A DNA stretch of 54,818 bases from Nocardioidaceae bacterium (GCA_013696555.1 JACCYJ010000093.1:1-54818); one strand, 5' to 3'; shown: positions 1 through 11,300, counted from the first letter of the stretch. A program made the numbers and translations. Notes: generated from the letters alone by a model not told the origin.

Positions 1-3000
1 AACGCGAACGAGATCGGCAGCGCCTTCTGTGCGGATTGTGGTTCCCCGCTGACTGCCGGCTGTCCGGCGTGTGGGGCGGCCACGACGCCGGGGCAGCGGT
101 TCTGCCGGGCATGTGGGGCCGCGTTAACCGGACCACCCGCGGCGGTCATAGATGGTGCACCACCCGTCCATGCACCGGCGCCGCGATTGCCGGTGGCGGA
201 GCGGCGGGTGTGCTCGGTGCTGTTCTGCGATCTCGTGGGTTTCACCCCAATGTCAGAGGCGAAAGATCCCGAGGAGGTCCGGGAGCTGCTCTCGCGTTAC
301 TTCGAGGTAGCTCGGACGATCATCGGCCGCTATGGCGGGACGGTGGAGAAGTTCATCGGCGATGCGGTGATGGCGGTGTGGGGCACCCCGTCGGCGACCG
401 AGGAGGACGCCGAGCGTGCGGTTCGGGCCGCGTTGGAGCTCATCGACGCGGTGGCTCAACTGGGGTGGGAAGCAAACGCGGAAGGGTTGTCCGCTCGGGC
501 GGGAGTGGTCACCGGGTCGGTGGCGGTGACGGTCGGCGCCGCCGGGGAGGGGATGGTCGCTGGGGATGCGGTGAACACCGCGGCTCGGGTCCAGGCCGAC
601 GCTGCCGCCGGGACGGTGTTAGTAGATGAGGGCACCATGCGACGAGCGGAGGCCGCGGTCGGTTTCGCTGCCGCCGGAGAGCACAGGTTGAAGGGCAAGG
701 CAGCACCTATGCCGTTGTGGCGGGCTGAGCGGGTGCTAGCAGGTGCGGGTGGTTCACAGCGAATTGACGGGTTGGAGGCGGGTTTCGTCGGCCGGGGCGC
801 GGAGCTGCGGCTGGTCAAGGAGCTCTTCCACACCTGCGTCGAACGACGATCACCGCGGCTGGTGAGCGTGACCGGAGCGGCGGGAGTGGGGAAGTCGCGG
901 CTGGGGTGGGAGTTTCGCAAGTACATCGACGGGTTGCTGGTCACCGTTTGGTGGCACCAAGGCCGATGCCTGTCCTACGGCGACGGCGTGGCGTTTTGGG
1001 CACTCGGCGAGATGGTCCGGCAACGGCTCGGCATCGCGGAGGAGGATTCCACCCAGGTTGCCGCGGAGAAACTGGCCGCCGGTCTGGAGGAGCGGTTGAC
1101 CGACCCCGCAGAGCGAGCCTACGTCGGCCCAAGGTTGGCGCAGCTGCTAGGTGTGGAGTACGGGGAGACGGGCCCCGTGTTGGGTCGGGAAGAGCTGTTC
1201 GCGGGCTGGCGGTTGTTCTTCGAGCGGCTCGCCGCGACGGGTCCGGTGGTGATGGTCGTCGAGGACCTCCAGCACGCCGATGTCGGCTTGCTGGACTTCC
1301 TCGAACACTTGCTGGACTGGGCCCGTGACGTGCCGATCTTCGTGCTCACGCTGGCCAGGCCCGAGCTGGAAACCCGCCGCGCCGGATGGGGAACCGGACG
1401 TCGGAACAACACCACTCTCACCTTCGACCCGCTCGACGACACCGCCATGCATGTGTTGCTGGATGGTCTCGTGCCCGGTATGCCGGCCGCGGCGAAGACA
1501 GCGATCGCCGACCGCGCCGAAGGGATTCCGCTGTATGCCGTGGAGACGGTGCGCATGCTCGTCGACCGTGACATCGTGCAACCCATCGACGGCGCGTACC
1601 GGCTCGTCGGGGACGTGGGCGAGCTGGCGGTGCCTGCCACGTTGCAGTCGCTGCTGGCGGCCCGACTCGACACTCTCGAGCCGAACGCCCGACGGTTGGT
1701 AGCCGACGCGGCGGTCCTTGGCGGTACCTTCCCCGGCGATGCGCTGGCGACGATCTCCGACCAGCCCGAACCCGAGGTGCGCCGGTTGCTGGCCGAGCTG
1801 GTTCGCCGGGAAGTATTGGGCGTGCGCGCGGATCCCCTCTCTCCGCAGCGCGGTCACTACGCCTTTCTGCAGACCATGTTCAGAGAGGTCGCCTACCAAA
1901 CGTTGTCCCGACGAGAACGCAAGGCCCGACACCTCACCGTCGCAATGCACCTTCGGTCGACCTTCGCTGACGATGGCGAGGAGGTAGCCGAGGTCATCGC
2001 CAACCACCTACTCGACGCGCTAGCAGCAGTCCCGGACGACCCGGACTCCTCAACATTGCGCGCAGAGGCGACCACCATGCTCAACCGCGCCGGAGAACGG
2101 GCGCAACGAACCGGAGCACCCAGCACCGCCGCCACTGCTTATAAAACCGCGGCCGACCTCCAGGAACGAGAAGGCGACGAGGCGGCGAAAGTGGCCGCGG
2201 CTGCTTTGCGGGAAAGGGCCGGATACGCAGCGAGTATTTCGGGTGACAGCGATGCTGCCATCGACTCCTACCGGCGCGCCGCCGAGACCTACCGCCAACA
2301 CAACCGCACCCGCGACGCCGCTCGGGCCGATACCGGTGCCGGCAGGGAGCTGCGCCGGCAGGGTCGGCACGATCAATCCCGTTCGCTGTTAGAGGGCGCC
2401 CTCGCGAGTCTCCAAGCCGACCCTGACGCGGACACCGTCGACGCGCTGGCCGAGATTGCGACCCTGGAGGCGTTCTCGGGTCACGCTGCTGAGGCGGACC
2501 GGCTCTCGGCGGCGGCGCTCGCCCACGCGCAAGCGCTGGATTCATCTGATGTGACGCTGGGAGAACTGCTCACCGTCCGCGGCATCGCTCACGGCGTGGC
2601 GAGCCGGCCAGTGCAATCCGTGGCCAGTCTGCGGGAGGCGGTACGCCGCGCCGAGTCCGCCCAGGATGGTGCCGGCGCCGGTCGAGCGTATCTCAACCTC
2701 TCCGACGCTCTCCTCACAAGCAACCCGGCGGAGGCAGCAGAAGCTGCCGCTGCCGCAGCCGCCTACTGCCGGCGGGTGGGAGACAGGTACAACCTTCCCG
2801 TCGCCGTGAGCAACCAGGTGCAGGCGTTCCTGCTCACCGGAGACTGGGACAAGGCCGAGGAGACGTACAGCAGCCCGGACAACCCAGGCACCAGCCCCTA
2901 CTCCGCGGTGCTGTTACGCGCCCTCCGGGGCGACCACGCAGGCATCGACGACCTGCTTCCAGTCAGTGAGCAGGATTGGCTCGACACCGAAGACCACCAG

Positions 3001-3600
3001 GAGGTCGCCACCGCGGCCACCGCATTCGCCGCAGCCGCGGCGTGCGCCGGTGACCTGTCACGAACACTGACGCAAGCACAGCTTGCTCTTGGCAACGCCG
3101 ATGCCCTCGGACTGCGCAACGAAGGCATCCGCTGGGCATGGCCGCTGGCAGGCGACGCCGCCCTCGCGCTCGGTGAGCTCGCCGAGGTTGACCAGCTCAT
3201 TCAATGGCTCGACGAGCACCCACCTGGTCAGCTACCCGCGGTGCTCCGCGCTGAAAGGCTCCGCATTCACGCCAAGCACTTGGCTCTTCAAGGCGACCCG
3301 CAGGCTGGCGACGCCTTCAACGACGCCACTCGGGCATTCCGCGAACTCAAGTCCCCCTACCACCTAGCCGTCGGGCTGCTCGATCAAGCTGAACATGTCG
3401 CCAACGCCGACCTGCCGGCCGCGCACGAACTCGCCGCCGAAGCCGACGCCATCGCACGGCGGCTAGGCGCCAAACCACTCAGGCAACGCGCTGAAGCGGT
3501 GATGCTCGCGGGTGATGATTCTGTGATACAGCAACCGTCGCGTGCCCGTCAGACCGCCGAACCTACGCCCCGTTCTGGTCCCACGACCATGTCGCTATGA
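1..3600 (+). CDS. Double zinc ribbon + class III adenylate/guanylate cyclase + AAA/STAND ATPase + TPR protein (5' truncated by window edge)
   Basis: Frame 1 is open from base 1 (NANEIGSAFCADCGSPLTAGCPACG...FCRACG, CxxC pairs), so the true start is upstream of the window. Cyclase motifs LFCDLVGFT, KFIGDAVM, GDAVNTAARV; Walker A GAAGVGKS; Walker B VVEDLQHAD; Ala-rich helical repeats at the C-terminus. Confidence 0.92.
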   Translation, partial: NANEIGSAFCADCGSPLTAGCPACGAATTPGQRFCRACGAALTGPPAAVIDGAPPVHAPAPRLPVAERRVCSVLFCDLVGFTPMSEAKDPEEVRELLSRYFEVARTIIGRYGGTVEKFIGDAVMAVWGTPSATEEDAERAVRAALELIDAVAQLGWEANAEGLSARAGVVTGSVAVTVGAAGEGMVAGDAVNTAARVQADAAAGTVLVDEGTMRRAEAAVGFAAAGEHRLKGKAAPMPLWRAERVLAGAGGSQRIDGLEAGFVGRGAELRLVKELFHTCVERRSPRLVSVTGAAGVGKSRLGWEFRKYIDGLLVTVWWHQGRCLSYGDGVAFWALGEMVRQRLGIAEEDSTQVAAEKLAAGLEERLTDPAERAYVGPRLAQLLGVEYGETGPVLGREELFAGWRLFFERLAATGPVVMVVEDLQHADVGLLDFLEHLLDWARDVPIFVLTLARPELETRRAGWGTGRRNNTTLTFDPLDDTAMHVLLDGLVPGMPAAAKTAIADRAEGIPLYAVETVRMLVDRDIVQPIDGAYRLVGDVGELAVPATLQSLLAARLDTLEPNARRLVADAAVLGGTFPGDALATISDQPEPEVRRLLAELVRREVLGVRADPLSPQRGHYAFLQTMFREVAYQTLSRRERKARHLTVAMHLRSTFADDGEEVAEVIANHLLDALAAVPDDPDSSTLRAEATTMLNRAGERAQRTGAPSTAATAYKTAADLQEREGDEAAKVAAAALRERAGYAASISGDSDAAIDSYRRAAETYRQHNRTRDAARADTGAGRELRRQGRHDQSRSLLEGALASLQADPDADTVDALAEIATLEAFSGHAAEADRLSAAALAHAQALDSSDVTLGELLTVRGIAHGVASRPVQSVASLREAVRRAESAQDGAGAGRAYLNLSDALLTSNPAEAAEAAAAAAAYCRRVGDRYNLPVAVSNQVQAFLLTGDWDKAEETYSSPDNPGTSPYSAVLLRALRGDHAGIDDLLPVSEQDWLDTEDHQEVATAATAFAAAAACAGDLSRTLTQAQLALGNADALGLRNEGIRWAWPLAGDAALALGELAEVDQLIQWLDEHPPGQLPAVLRAERLRIHAKHLALQGDPQAGDAFNDATRAFRELKSPYHLAVGLLDQAEHVANADLPAAHELAAEADAIARRLGAKPLRQRAEAVMLAGDDSVIQQPSRARQTAEPTPRSGPTTMSL

Positions 3601-3682
3601 CGGCGACGGGGCATGTCACTGTCACCGCCGCATGAACTGGGTGCAGGACGCTGATCTCGATCGAGACCTTAGGAGTAGCTCC

Positions 3683-3823
3683 GGCGCAATCGCTGACGGG
3701 CACCGCGAGATCCTCAGCCTCAACATCTGCTCCGCCGAGTACGAGGCCGGCTGGCTTACCCTGTTCCGCGGCTTGACCGCCCGCGGACTGTCCGGCGTCA
3801 AGTTGGTCACCTCAGACGCCCAC
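3683..3823 (+). pseudogene. IS256-family transposase internal fragment
   Basis: Translation ADGHREILSLNICSAEYEAGWLTLFRGLTARGLSGVKLVTSDAH resembles the conserved actinobacterial IS256 segment (G.REILG...SAEDGAGW..F.R.L.ARGLSGV.LVTSDAH). No start, end or terminal repeats seen. Confidence 0.8.
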
Positions 3824-4281
3824 TTCCATGGAACTAATCCCGCCGTTCGCGAAACCCTCCGCCGATGCCAGGACCGCGCCGACTTCGAGCACGCGGTGCT
3901 TCAGCAGGTACCCGAATCTCTCTTCGGCAACGAGCGTGATGGCGTGGAAGGTCTCAATGTGATGGGAGGGCACGAGCCCGCCCAATGTGGGGGCGCTCCT
4001 TGATCGCTCGCGCCGCCATCTTGACGATGGGCTGTTTGCGGTCGGGCTGGCGCTGCTGCTGCTATCGCCGAGCCGGGTCGCGCCGGACGCCCGGGTCGGC
4101 GCGGTCGTCTGCTGAGGACGGGAACGAAAAATCACGACGCGCTGATGCTGGCCGACCGCACCGCCCGCAGCGTGGCCAAGCTCAGGGACGGCAACGACGC
4201 CTGAGTGGCCAACCCGCGCCTACCTGGCCGTCGCCGCAGAGTGGCCACGAGCCAGTCACTGGTGTGGCGGCGAGCGTAGGT

Positions 4282-6918
4282 TTAGCCCGTCTCTTGCAGC
4301 GCCTGCTGCAGCATTTCGTCGATGGGCAGAGCGTGTCCGGCGGCGTATGCGGCGTCCCACTCGTCGCTGGTAAGCGCCGCCCTGGCCGTGGCCATCGGCT
4401 CGGCGATCTCGGCTTCCTGTGGGGAAGGCCGGGGTGCCTGCAGGGTCTTGTGCGACGCGTCGGCGGTGCCGAGCAGCCACGCCGCGAGCCGCGCCTCGCC
4501 ACGTTCGGCGAGGATCGCCGCGAAGTCCTCCGCGAGGTACATCAGCCCCGACGGGATGTTGAGTTTGAGGGCCTCGGGTATGACTGAGCGCATTTGTGCG
4601 AGCGCCTCGTCGAGCTGGCCGAGCAGCCGCAGGCTGCACGCGATGTTGTGACGGTCCAAGACGAGCGCGAAGGGGCTGCCGATCTCGTGTGCGAGCGCGA
4701 GTGCCTCGCGCTTCAGGGCAAGAGCCCGCTCGTAGTCGCGCTCATGGGTCTCGACGAAGATCGCCATATCGGCGATCACCTCATGCCTCTTGATCTGGTT
4801 GCCCACCTTTCGGGTGAGCATCAAGGCCTCCTCATAGGCGTCGCGCGCATCGTCGACCGCGCCACGCTCAGAGTCGATGATTGCCTGGACGTTGAGCGCG
4901 TCGATGAGCCGGTGCGGGTCGTCCAGGCGTCGGCACATCGCCACCGCCAGGACCGCCTTGTCGTGCGATTCTCCCCACTTACCCTGGATGCTTAGGCGGC
5001 TGGACGCGTGGGTCAGGCACCTGGCGAGAGCGACCCCGTCGCCGCGAGTGTCGCGTTCGATTGCGCGGCGTGTGAAGGGCAGACCCTCGAACTGGGGGTA
5101 GCCGAAGGCGCTTGCCCACACGATTCCGGTCTCCGCGCATAGCTCGATGCCCAACGCCCGCCTTCCCGCTGGCATGCTGACCGGCTCGTTCTCCGGCAGG
5201 GTCCAGTCCAGTGCTTCGCGGAGGTTGCCCAGCTCAGAGCCCAATCGAGCCTTGGCGAACTGATAGCGCTCGGCCTCCAGCATCGGGACGAGGTGTTGCG
5301 CAACGGCGAGGAAGTGACGCGCGTGACGGTCGCGGGTGCTCTCGTGATCGCCGGAATGGGCGAGCATGTCTAGGGCGTATGCCCGGATCGTCTCGAGGAG
5401 TACGACCCGCGGTTCGCCGCTTGGGTCGTCCACGACGCCGATCAGGCTGGCGTCGAGCAAGTCGGAGACCGCGTCGAGCGCATCGGCCTCGGCCTGCGTA
5501 ACGGCCGCCACCGCGGCGAGGTCCCCGCCTCCGCCGAAGACACCGAGTCGGCGGAAGAACGTCTGCGAGCGCTCGTCCAGCAGGTCATAGGACCACGAGA
5601 TCGTCGAGCGAAGCGTCCGCTGGCGGTCAGACCCACGCGTAGTCGCCGCGGCCACGTCGAGCACCGACCCGAGGCGGTTCAGCAGGGCCGACGGGCTGAG
5701 GAGCTTGATCCGCGCCGCTGCCAACTCGAGGCCGAGCGGGAGGCCGTCGAGGTGACGGCACACCGCGGCGACCGCCGCTGAGTTGTCGGCCGTCAGCTCG
5801 AATGCGGGTCGTACTCGCTGTGCGTGCTGGACGAACATCCGCACGGCCGGCGAGGTCCCGACGTCTGCGACCTCGTCGGCTGCCGGGAGCCCAAGGGGTG
5901 GCACCGGGAACTCGTGTTCTCCCGACGTGTGCAGCGGGCGTCGCGACGTCACGATGGCGCGCGAACGCGGTGACGCTGACAGAAGCTCAGCCGCAAAGAT
6001 GTCGGCGTCGGCGACCTGCTCGAGATTGTCGAGGACGAAGAGCGCCTGTTTGTCGGCGACCGCGGCAGCGACGTCGCCGGTTGAGCGAACCTCGGGCGGC
6101 AGGCCCAGGCTCTCGGCTACGAGCGGCCACGCCGACTCGGTGGCGGTCACGGTCGCCATCGGCACGAAGTAGACGCCGTCGGCCATTGTCGTCCACAGCC
6201 GTTCAGCGACGGCGATCGCGAGACGGGTCTTGCCGGTTCCGCCTGGCCCGATGAGCGTGACGAGTCTTGTGTCCGGCGATGCGACGCGGGCGACGAGGGA
6301 GGCCACCTCGGTGTCGCGTCCTACGAGTGGGGTGGCCGGCACGGGCAGCCGCGAGGTCGAGCCGAGCGTCTTCAGCGGAGGGAAGTCCGATTGCAGTCCG
6401 TCGATCGTCAGCTGATGGAGTCGCTCTGGGGCAGGCATGTCCTTGAGCCGATGCGGCCCCAAGTCGACCAGGGCGGTTGCCTCGGGGAGGCGTCCCGCCA
6501 CGAGAGTCGCCGTGGAGTCCGACAGAACGACCTGGCCGCCGTGCGCCGCGCCCGCAACCCGTGCCGCGCGATGAACGTCCATGCCGACGTACGCCTCGCC
6601 GTGGACAGCCGGCGATCCCGTGTGCATGCCGATCCGGACCCGAACCGCCTCACCCTGCGGCCAGGGATACGTGGCCAGGGCGCGCTGAGCGTCCACCGCC
6701 CCCCAGGCAGCGTCGGGGGCTGTCTCGAACACGACGTAGAAGCTGTCGCCTTCCGTGCCCAGCTCAATCCCGCCGTGGTCAGACCACGCCCGGCGCATCA
6801 ACGTGCGCTGCGCATCGAGGGCGTCGGCGTACTCCGACCCGAGGCGGCTGAGCAGCGCAGTCGAGCCCTCGATGTCTGAGAACAGCAATGTCACCGTCCC
6901 AGACGGCAGTCCAGCCAC
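4282..6918 (-). CDS. Class III cyclase-like domain + NB-ARC/STAND ATPase + TPR protein
   Basis: LPSGTVTLLFSDIEGST, TEGDSF, GMDVHRAARV; Walker A GPGGTGKT; LDNLE; LDGLPLGLELAAAR; TPR-like C-terminus. Confidence 0.9.
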   Translation of the reverse strand: MAGLPSGTVTLLFSDIEGSTALLSRLGSEYADALDAQRTLMRRAWSDHGGIELGTEGDSFYVVFETAPDAAWGAVDAQRALATYPWPQGEAVRVRIGMHTGSPAVHGEAYVGMDVHRAARVAGAAHGGQVVLSDSTATLVAGRLPEATALVDLGPHRLKDMPAPERLHQLTIDGLQSDFPPLKTLGSTSRLPVPATPLVGRDTEVASLVARVASPDTRLVTLIGPGGTGKTRLAIAVAERLWTTMADGVYFVPMATVTATESAWPLVAESLGLPPEVRSTGDVAAAVADKQALFVLDNLEQVADADIFAAELLSASPRSRAIVTSRRPLHTSGEHEFPVPPLGLPAADEVADVGTSPAVRMFVQHAQRVRPAFELTADNSAAVAAVCRHLDGLPLGLELAAARIKLLSPSALLNRLGSVLDVAAATTRGSDRQRTLRSTISWSYDLLDERSQTFFRRLGVFGGGGDLAAVAAVTQAEADALDAVSDLLDASLIGVVDDPSGEPRVVLLETIRAYALDMLAHSGDHESTRDRHARHFLAVAQHLVPMLEAERYQFAKARLGSELGNLREALDWTLPENEPVSMPAGRRALGIELCAETGIVWASAFGYPQFEGLPFTRRAIERDTRGDGVALARCLTHASSRLSIQGKWGESHDKAVLAVAMCRRLDDPHRLIDALNVQAIIDSERGAVDDARDAYEEALMLTRKVGNQIKRHEVIADMAIFVETHERDYERALALKREALALAHEIGSPFALVLDRHNIACSLRLLGQLDEALAQMRSVIPEALKLNIPSGLMYLAEDFAAILAERGEARLAAWLLGTADASHKTLQAPRPSPQEAEIAEPMATARAALTSDEWDAAYAAGHALPIDEMLQQALQETG

Positions 6919-7157
6919 TCGCTAAGTACACCGCCGCAAGCGCGCGCCGGGCTAGTGGGACGAATGCGGCCGACCGCTTGGCCGTTCAGCTGTCGCGCTC
7001 GGGGCACGGTCAGCCGGTCGAGGACCGCCGGGCGGGGCGCCTCGGGGCCGGCAGGTCGACAACGGAGTAGCCAGTGACCTCACCCGGTGATCACCTCCGA
7101 CGAGGAGCTCGCGCCAGCACATTGGCGGATATCGAGCAGGTTTCCTAACCTCGCAGC

Positions 7158-8165
7158 GTGCGAGACGTCCGGACCCGACCCTTCACCCGTGCAGACCTGC
7201 CCGCGGCGGGCCGGCTGCTCGCGGCTCGGCACCGACGCCAGGCGGAGTGCGAACCACTGCTGGGCAACGGCTTCGCCGACGCAGAAGTCGCACTCAAGCA
7301 TCTGCAGGAGCTCTGGCAGGAAGAGCCTCTTTCGGGGTCAGTCGCAGAACGAGATGGCCGTGTGGTCGCGTACCTGGTTGCCGGCACCAAACCTGCTGCG
7401 GTGTGGGGGCCTAACGCCTGGGTCGAATCGTCCGGACATGCGCTGGACGACGACGTCCCTGTCGAGGTGGCACGAGAGCTGTACGCAGTGGCGGCGGAGT
7501 CGTGGGTTGCGGAAGGGCGCCTCGCCCATTACGTGTTGGTGCCTTCCCACGATGTGGCCTTGGCCGACGCCTGGTGGCGCTTGGGATTCGGTCTGCAGCA
7601 CGTGCACGCACTACGCAGCCCATGGTCTGTCGAGGAATCACTCGCCGCAGGGTCTCGGAAGTCAGCCATCACGGTGCGCACACCCGTCCGCGCTGACATG
7701 GCGGCTCTGGTCGAGCTCGACCTCGAGCTGCCTCGACACCAGGCGCGCTCACCGACCTTCTCCTCCGGGCCCATCGCGTCGTACAAGGAGGCCGTCGCCG
7801 ACTGGGAGGGCGACTTCGTCGGCGAGGCGTACGCGTCAGAGCGTTTCACCACGTTCGTCGCGGAGCAAGAAGGTGGTGTGGTCGGCTCGGCGGTCGGATG
7901 CGCGTTGTCGGTGTCGAGAATGTACGAGGGTCCGCTGCAGACACCGGACGCCGGATTCCTCGGCTTCGCCGCCGTCCGACCCGAGGCTCGCGGACTCGGG
8001 GCCGGTCGATTGCTCGGCGAGGCCGTGCTGGCGTGGTCGGCGGCACAAGGACATCCGGCCGTTGTGACGGACTGGCGGGCGACGAACCTCCAGTCGTCGC
8101 GCGCCTGGCCGGCCCTCGGGTTCCGGCCGACTTTCTGGCGGCTGCACCGACTGATCGGCCACTGA
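7158..8165 (+). CDS. GNAT family N-acetyltransferase
   Basis: Acetyl-CoA binding motif AVRPEARGLGAGRLL and C-terminal N..S...W..LGF. TAACCT lies 6 nt before the GTG (leaderless-type promoter). Confidence 0.85.
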   Translation: MRDVRTRPFTRADLPAAGRLLAARHRRQAECEPLLGNGFADAEVALKHLQELWQEEPLSGSVAERDGRVVAYLVAGTKPAAVWGPNAWVESSGHALDDDVPVEVARELYAVAAESWVAEGRLAHYVLVPSHDVALADAWWRLGFGLQHVHALRSPWSVEESLAAGSRKSAITVRTPVRADMAALVELDLELPRHQARSPTFSSGPIASYKEAVADWEGDFVGEAYASERFTTFVAEQEGGVVGSAVGCALSVSRMYEGPLQTPDAGFLGFAAVRPEARGLGAGRLLGEAVLAWSAAQGHPAVVTDWRATNLQSSRAWPALGFRPTFWRLHRLIGH

Positions 8166-8169
8166 GCCC

Positions 8170-8233
8170 CGTCGTTCGGCGCCTTGCGGCGAGATTCACC
8201 GGCGTGTCGGCAGCCGCTTCGCGCCAATCGACG
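8170..8233 (+). repeat. 64-bp intergenic hairpin repeat, copy 1
   Basis: CGTCGTTCGGCGCCTTGCGG...CGGCGTGTCGGCAGCCGCTTCGCGCCAATCGACG; aligns without gaps to copies at 23679, 44283 (reverse) and 48482. Confidence 0.9.
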
Positions 8234-8270
8234 ACCGGTGGGCAATCGACGGATGAGGGACCGGTGGGCA

Positions 8271-8292
8271 TGTCAGCCCGGCGCACTATGGT
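8271..8292 (+). promoter_or_regulatory. RecA-NDp (PafBC-type) DNA-damage promoter upstream of recC
   Basis: TGTCAG-CCCGGCGCAC(10 nt)-TATGGT fits TGTCRG-N10-TANNNT, 30 bp upstream of the recC GTG. Confidence 0.7.
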
Positions 8293-8322
8293 GCGACCCA
8301 TGCCGGCGGCACGGGGGTTTGG

Positions 8323-11300
8323 GTGGCGCTGAGCATCCATCGCGCAGAGCGCGCCGACGCGCTGGTGCGCGGGCTGGGCGGCGTCCTGGCGACCGGCCAA
8401 CCGGACCCGTTCGCGCGGGAGATCGTTGCCGTACCGGCTCGCGGGGTCGAGCGGTGGGTGACGCAGCGGTTGTCGTACCACCTCGGCTCGCACGATGCCG
8501 CGGGGATCTGCGCGAACGTCGACTTCCCGTCACCCGGCCGGCTGGTGGCCGACTGCATAGCCGCAGCCGACGGAAGGGAGTCCGACGACGACCCGTGGGC
8601 ATCACGCCGACTGGTTTGGACCCTTCTCGAGATGGTCGACGGCGACATCCCGGCGACACAAGTCGACCGTCGGTTCCTCGTCGCACACCACCTGACCCGG
8701 CTCTTCACGTCGTACGGGGAGCAGCGCCCCAGCATGGTGCGCAGCTGGGCTGCCGGACAGGTCACCGACGGCGCCGGCGGCGCCGTCCCGGCGGATCTGG
8801 TGTGGCAGGCCGAGCTGTGGCGCCGGGTGCGGACCGAGATCGGATCCCCCAGCCCCCCTGAACGCCTGGCAGGCGCCGTCTCGGTGCTGTCTGCCGACCC
8901 CCACCTCGTGGACCTGCCGGACCGGGTCTCGGTCTTCGGTCCGACCCGGTTGACCACCGAACAGGTGCAGGTGCTGACCGCGCTGGGGGAGCACCGCGAT
9001 ATCCACCTCTGGCTGCTGCACCCGTCGGCCATGTTGTGGGACGCCGTGGCCCAAGCGACGCCGTCCAACTCGCGGCGCCACGCCAATCCGACGATCGCGG
9101 TGCCGCGGCACCGGCTGCTCGCCTCACTCGGCCGGGACGCGCGCGAGATGCAGCTCATCCTGGCCGGCGCACCCGCGACAGACCGGCACCACCCTCTCGA
9201 CGCACCAGCGAAAACGCTGCTCGGTCGGATACAGGGCGATCTGCGCGACGATCGGGTGCCCGCGCCGACGCAGGAACTACAACCCGACGATCGCAGTCTG
9301 CAGGTCCACGCCTGCCACGGCAGGTCACGCCAGGTAGAGGTGCTCCGCGAGGTGCTGCTCGGGCTGCTCGAGGCCGATCCCACACTCGAGCCACGCGACG
9401 TGCTGGTGATGTGCCCGGACATCGAAACCTACGCACCGCTGATCTCGGGCACGTTCGGGCTCGGTGACACCGACGTCTCCACGTCGCATCCTGGGCACCG
9501 GCTGCGGGTACGGCTCGCGGACCGCTCGTTGCGGCAGACCAATCCGCTCCTCGACACGATCGCCCGACTGCTTGACCTGGCCGATGCCCGGGTGACCGCC
9601 TCCCAGGTGCTCGACTTGGTCTCGCTGCCACCGGTGCGCCGGCGGTTCAAGCTCGACGACGAGGACCTCGAACGCCTGGCCGAGTGGATCAGCACGTCAG
9701 GGGTGCGCTGGGGCCTCGACGCCGAGCACCGCGAGCCGTACCGGATGGCCGGCGTCCGACAAAACACCTGGCAGGCGGGCCTCGACCGGCTGCTGCTCGG
9801 CGTCACCATGCCCGAGGACGATCTGCAGTGGCTCGGCCTCGCGCTGCCGCTCGACGACGTCGACTCCGGCGACATCGACCGCGCCGGCCGGCTCGGCGAG
9901 CTCGTCGAGCGCCTCGGCACCATCCTGGACGCCCTCAACGGCGAGCACTCCGTGCGCCACTGGCTCGCCACGCTTTCGGGCGCGCTCGACCTGCTCACCG
10001 ACGTCGCGGAGTCCGACGAATGGCAGCTCGCCCAGGCCCGGCGTGAGCTCGGCGACCTCGCAACCAGCGCCGGGGAGCGCGTCGACCACATCCAGCTGAG
10101 GTTGGGAGACGTCCGGGCGCTGCTCGCCGACCGGCTGAAGGGGCGTCCGACCCGGGCCAACTTCCGGACCGGCAACCTCACGATGTGCTCGATGGTGCCG
10201 ATGCGATCGGTGCCGCACCGCGTCATCTGCCTGCTCGGGCTCGACGACGGTGTGTTTCCCCGCAGCACCGGCGTCGACGGGGACGACATCCTGGCCCGTG
10301 GCCCGCTGGTCGGCGAGCGGGACCGCCGCAGCGAGGACCGGCAGCTGCTGCTCGACGCGATCATGGCCGCTGAGGAACACCTCATCGTCCTCTACACCGG
10401 TGCTGACGAGCGCACCGGCGCCGAACGCCCGCCGGCCGTGCCGCTGGGCGAGATCCTCGACGTCGTCGACGCCACCGTCCACACCGACGACGGCCGCCCG
10501 GCCCGCGAGCACGTCGTGGTGCGACACCCGCTGCAGCCGTTCGACGCCCGAAACTTCGAGCCGGGTGTGCTCGGCGTACGCGGATCATTCAGCCATGACC
10601 AGGGGGCACTCGCCGGCGCCGAAGCAGCGGCTCGGCCGCGCCAGCCGGAGCCGCCGCTGCTGGCCATGCCCTTGGCTCCGCATGATGATCCCGACGGAGT
10701 CGTGCCGCTCGACCGGCTGGTGCGCTTCCTGGAGCACCCGGTTCGCGGGTTCTTCACCCTGCGCCTGGGGATCGGCGTACCCGAGGAGGACGAACAGCTC
10801 GACGATGCGCTGCACGCCGAGCTGCAGCCGCTGGACAAGTGGGCGGTCGGCGACCGGTGGCTCCAGGCCCGGCTCGCCGGCGCCGACCCGGACGCCGTCA
10901 AACATGTCGAGTGGCTCCGGGGCACGTTGCCACCGGGCGCTCTGGGGCACGCCTTGCTGACCGAGGTGGTCGCCGAAGGCGGACCACTGATCATGGCCGG
11001 AGAAGGGGAGCGAGTCGGCGAGGCGGAGTCGTACGACGTGTCGGTCCCGCTGCCCGACGGACGGGTCGTGGCCGGCACTGTCGGCGCCGTCTACGGAAGG
11101 ACCGTCGCCCGGACCGTCTACTCCCGGCTCGGCCCCAAGCACCGACTCCGCGCCTGGGTGCTGCTGCTCGCGCTCGCCGCCTCGCGACCCGGCAACGACT
11201 GGCGGACCGTGACGATCGGCCGCGGACGCGCGAAGGGCAAGCCACCGCAGCGCTCGGTGCTCGTCCCACCAGACGACCCGGCGAGCGTGCTGGGGGCGCT

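Noticed and set aside
187..189. ORF-track start (TTG) of the first cyclase gene
   Set aside because: The frame is open to base 1 and encodes zinc-ribbon CxxC motifs, so the real start is upstream of the window.
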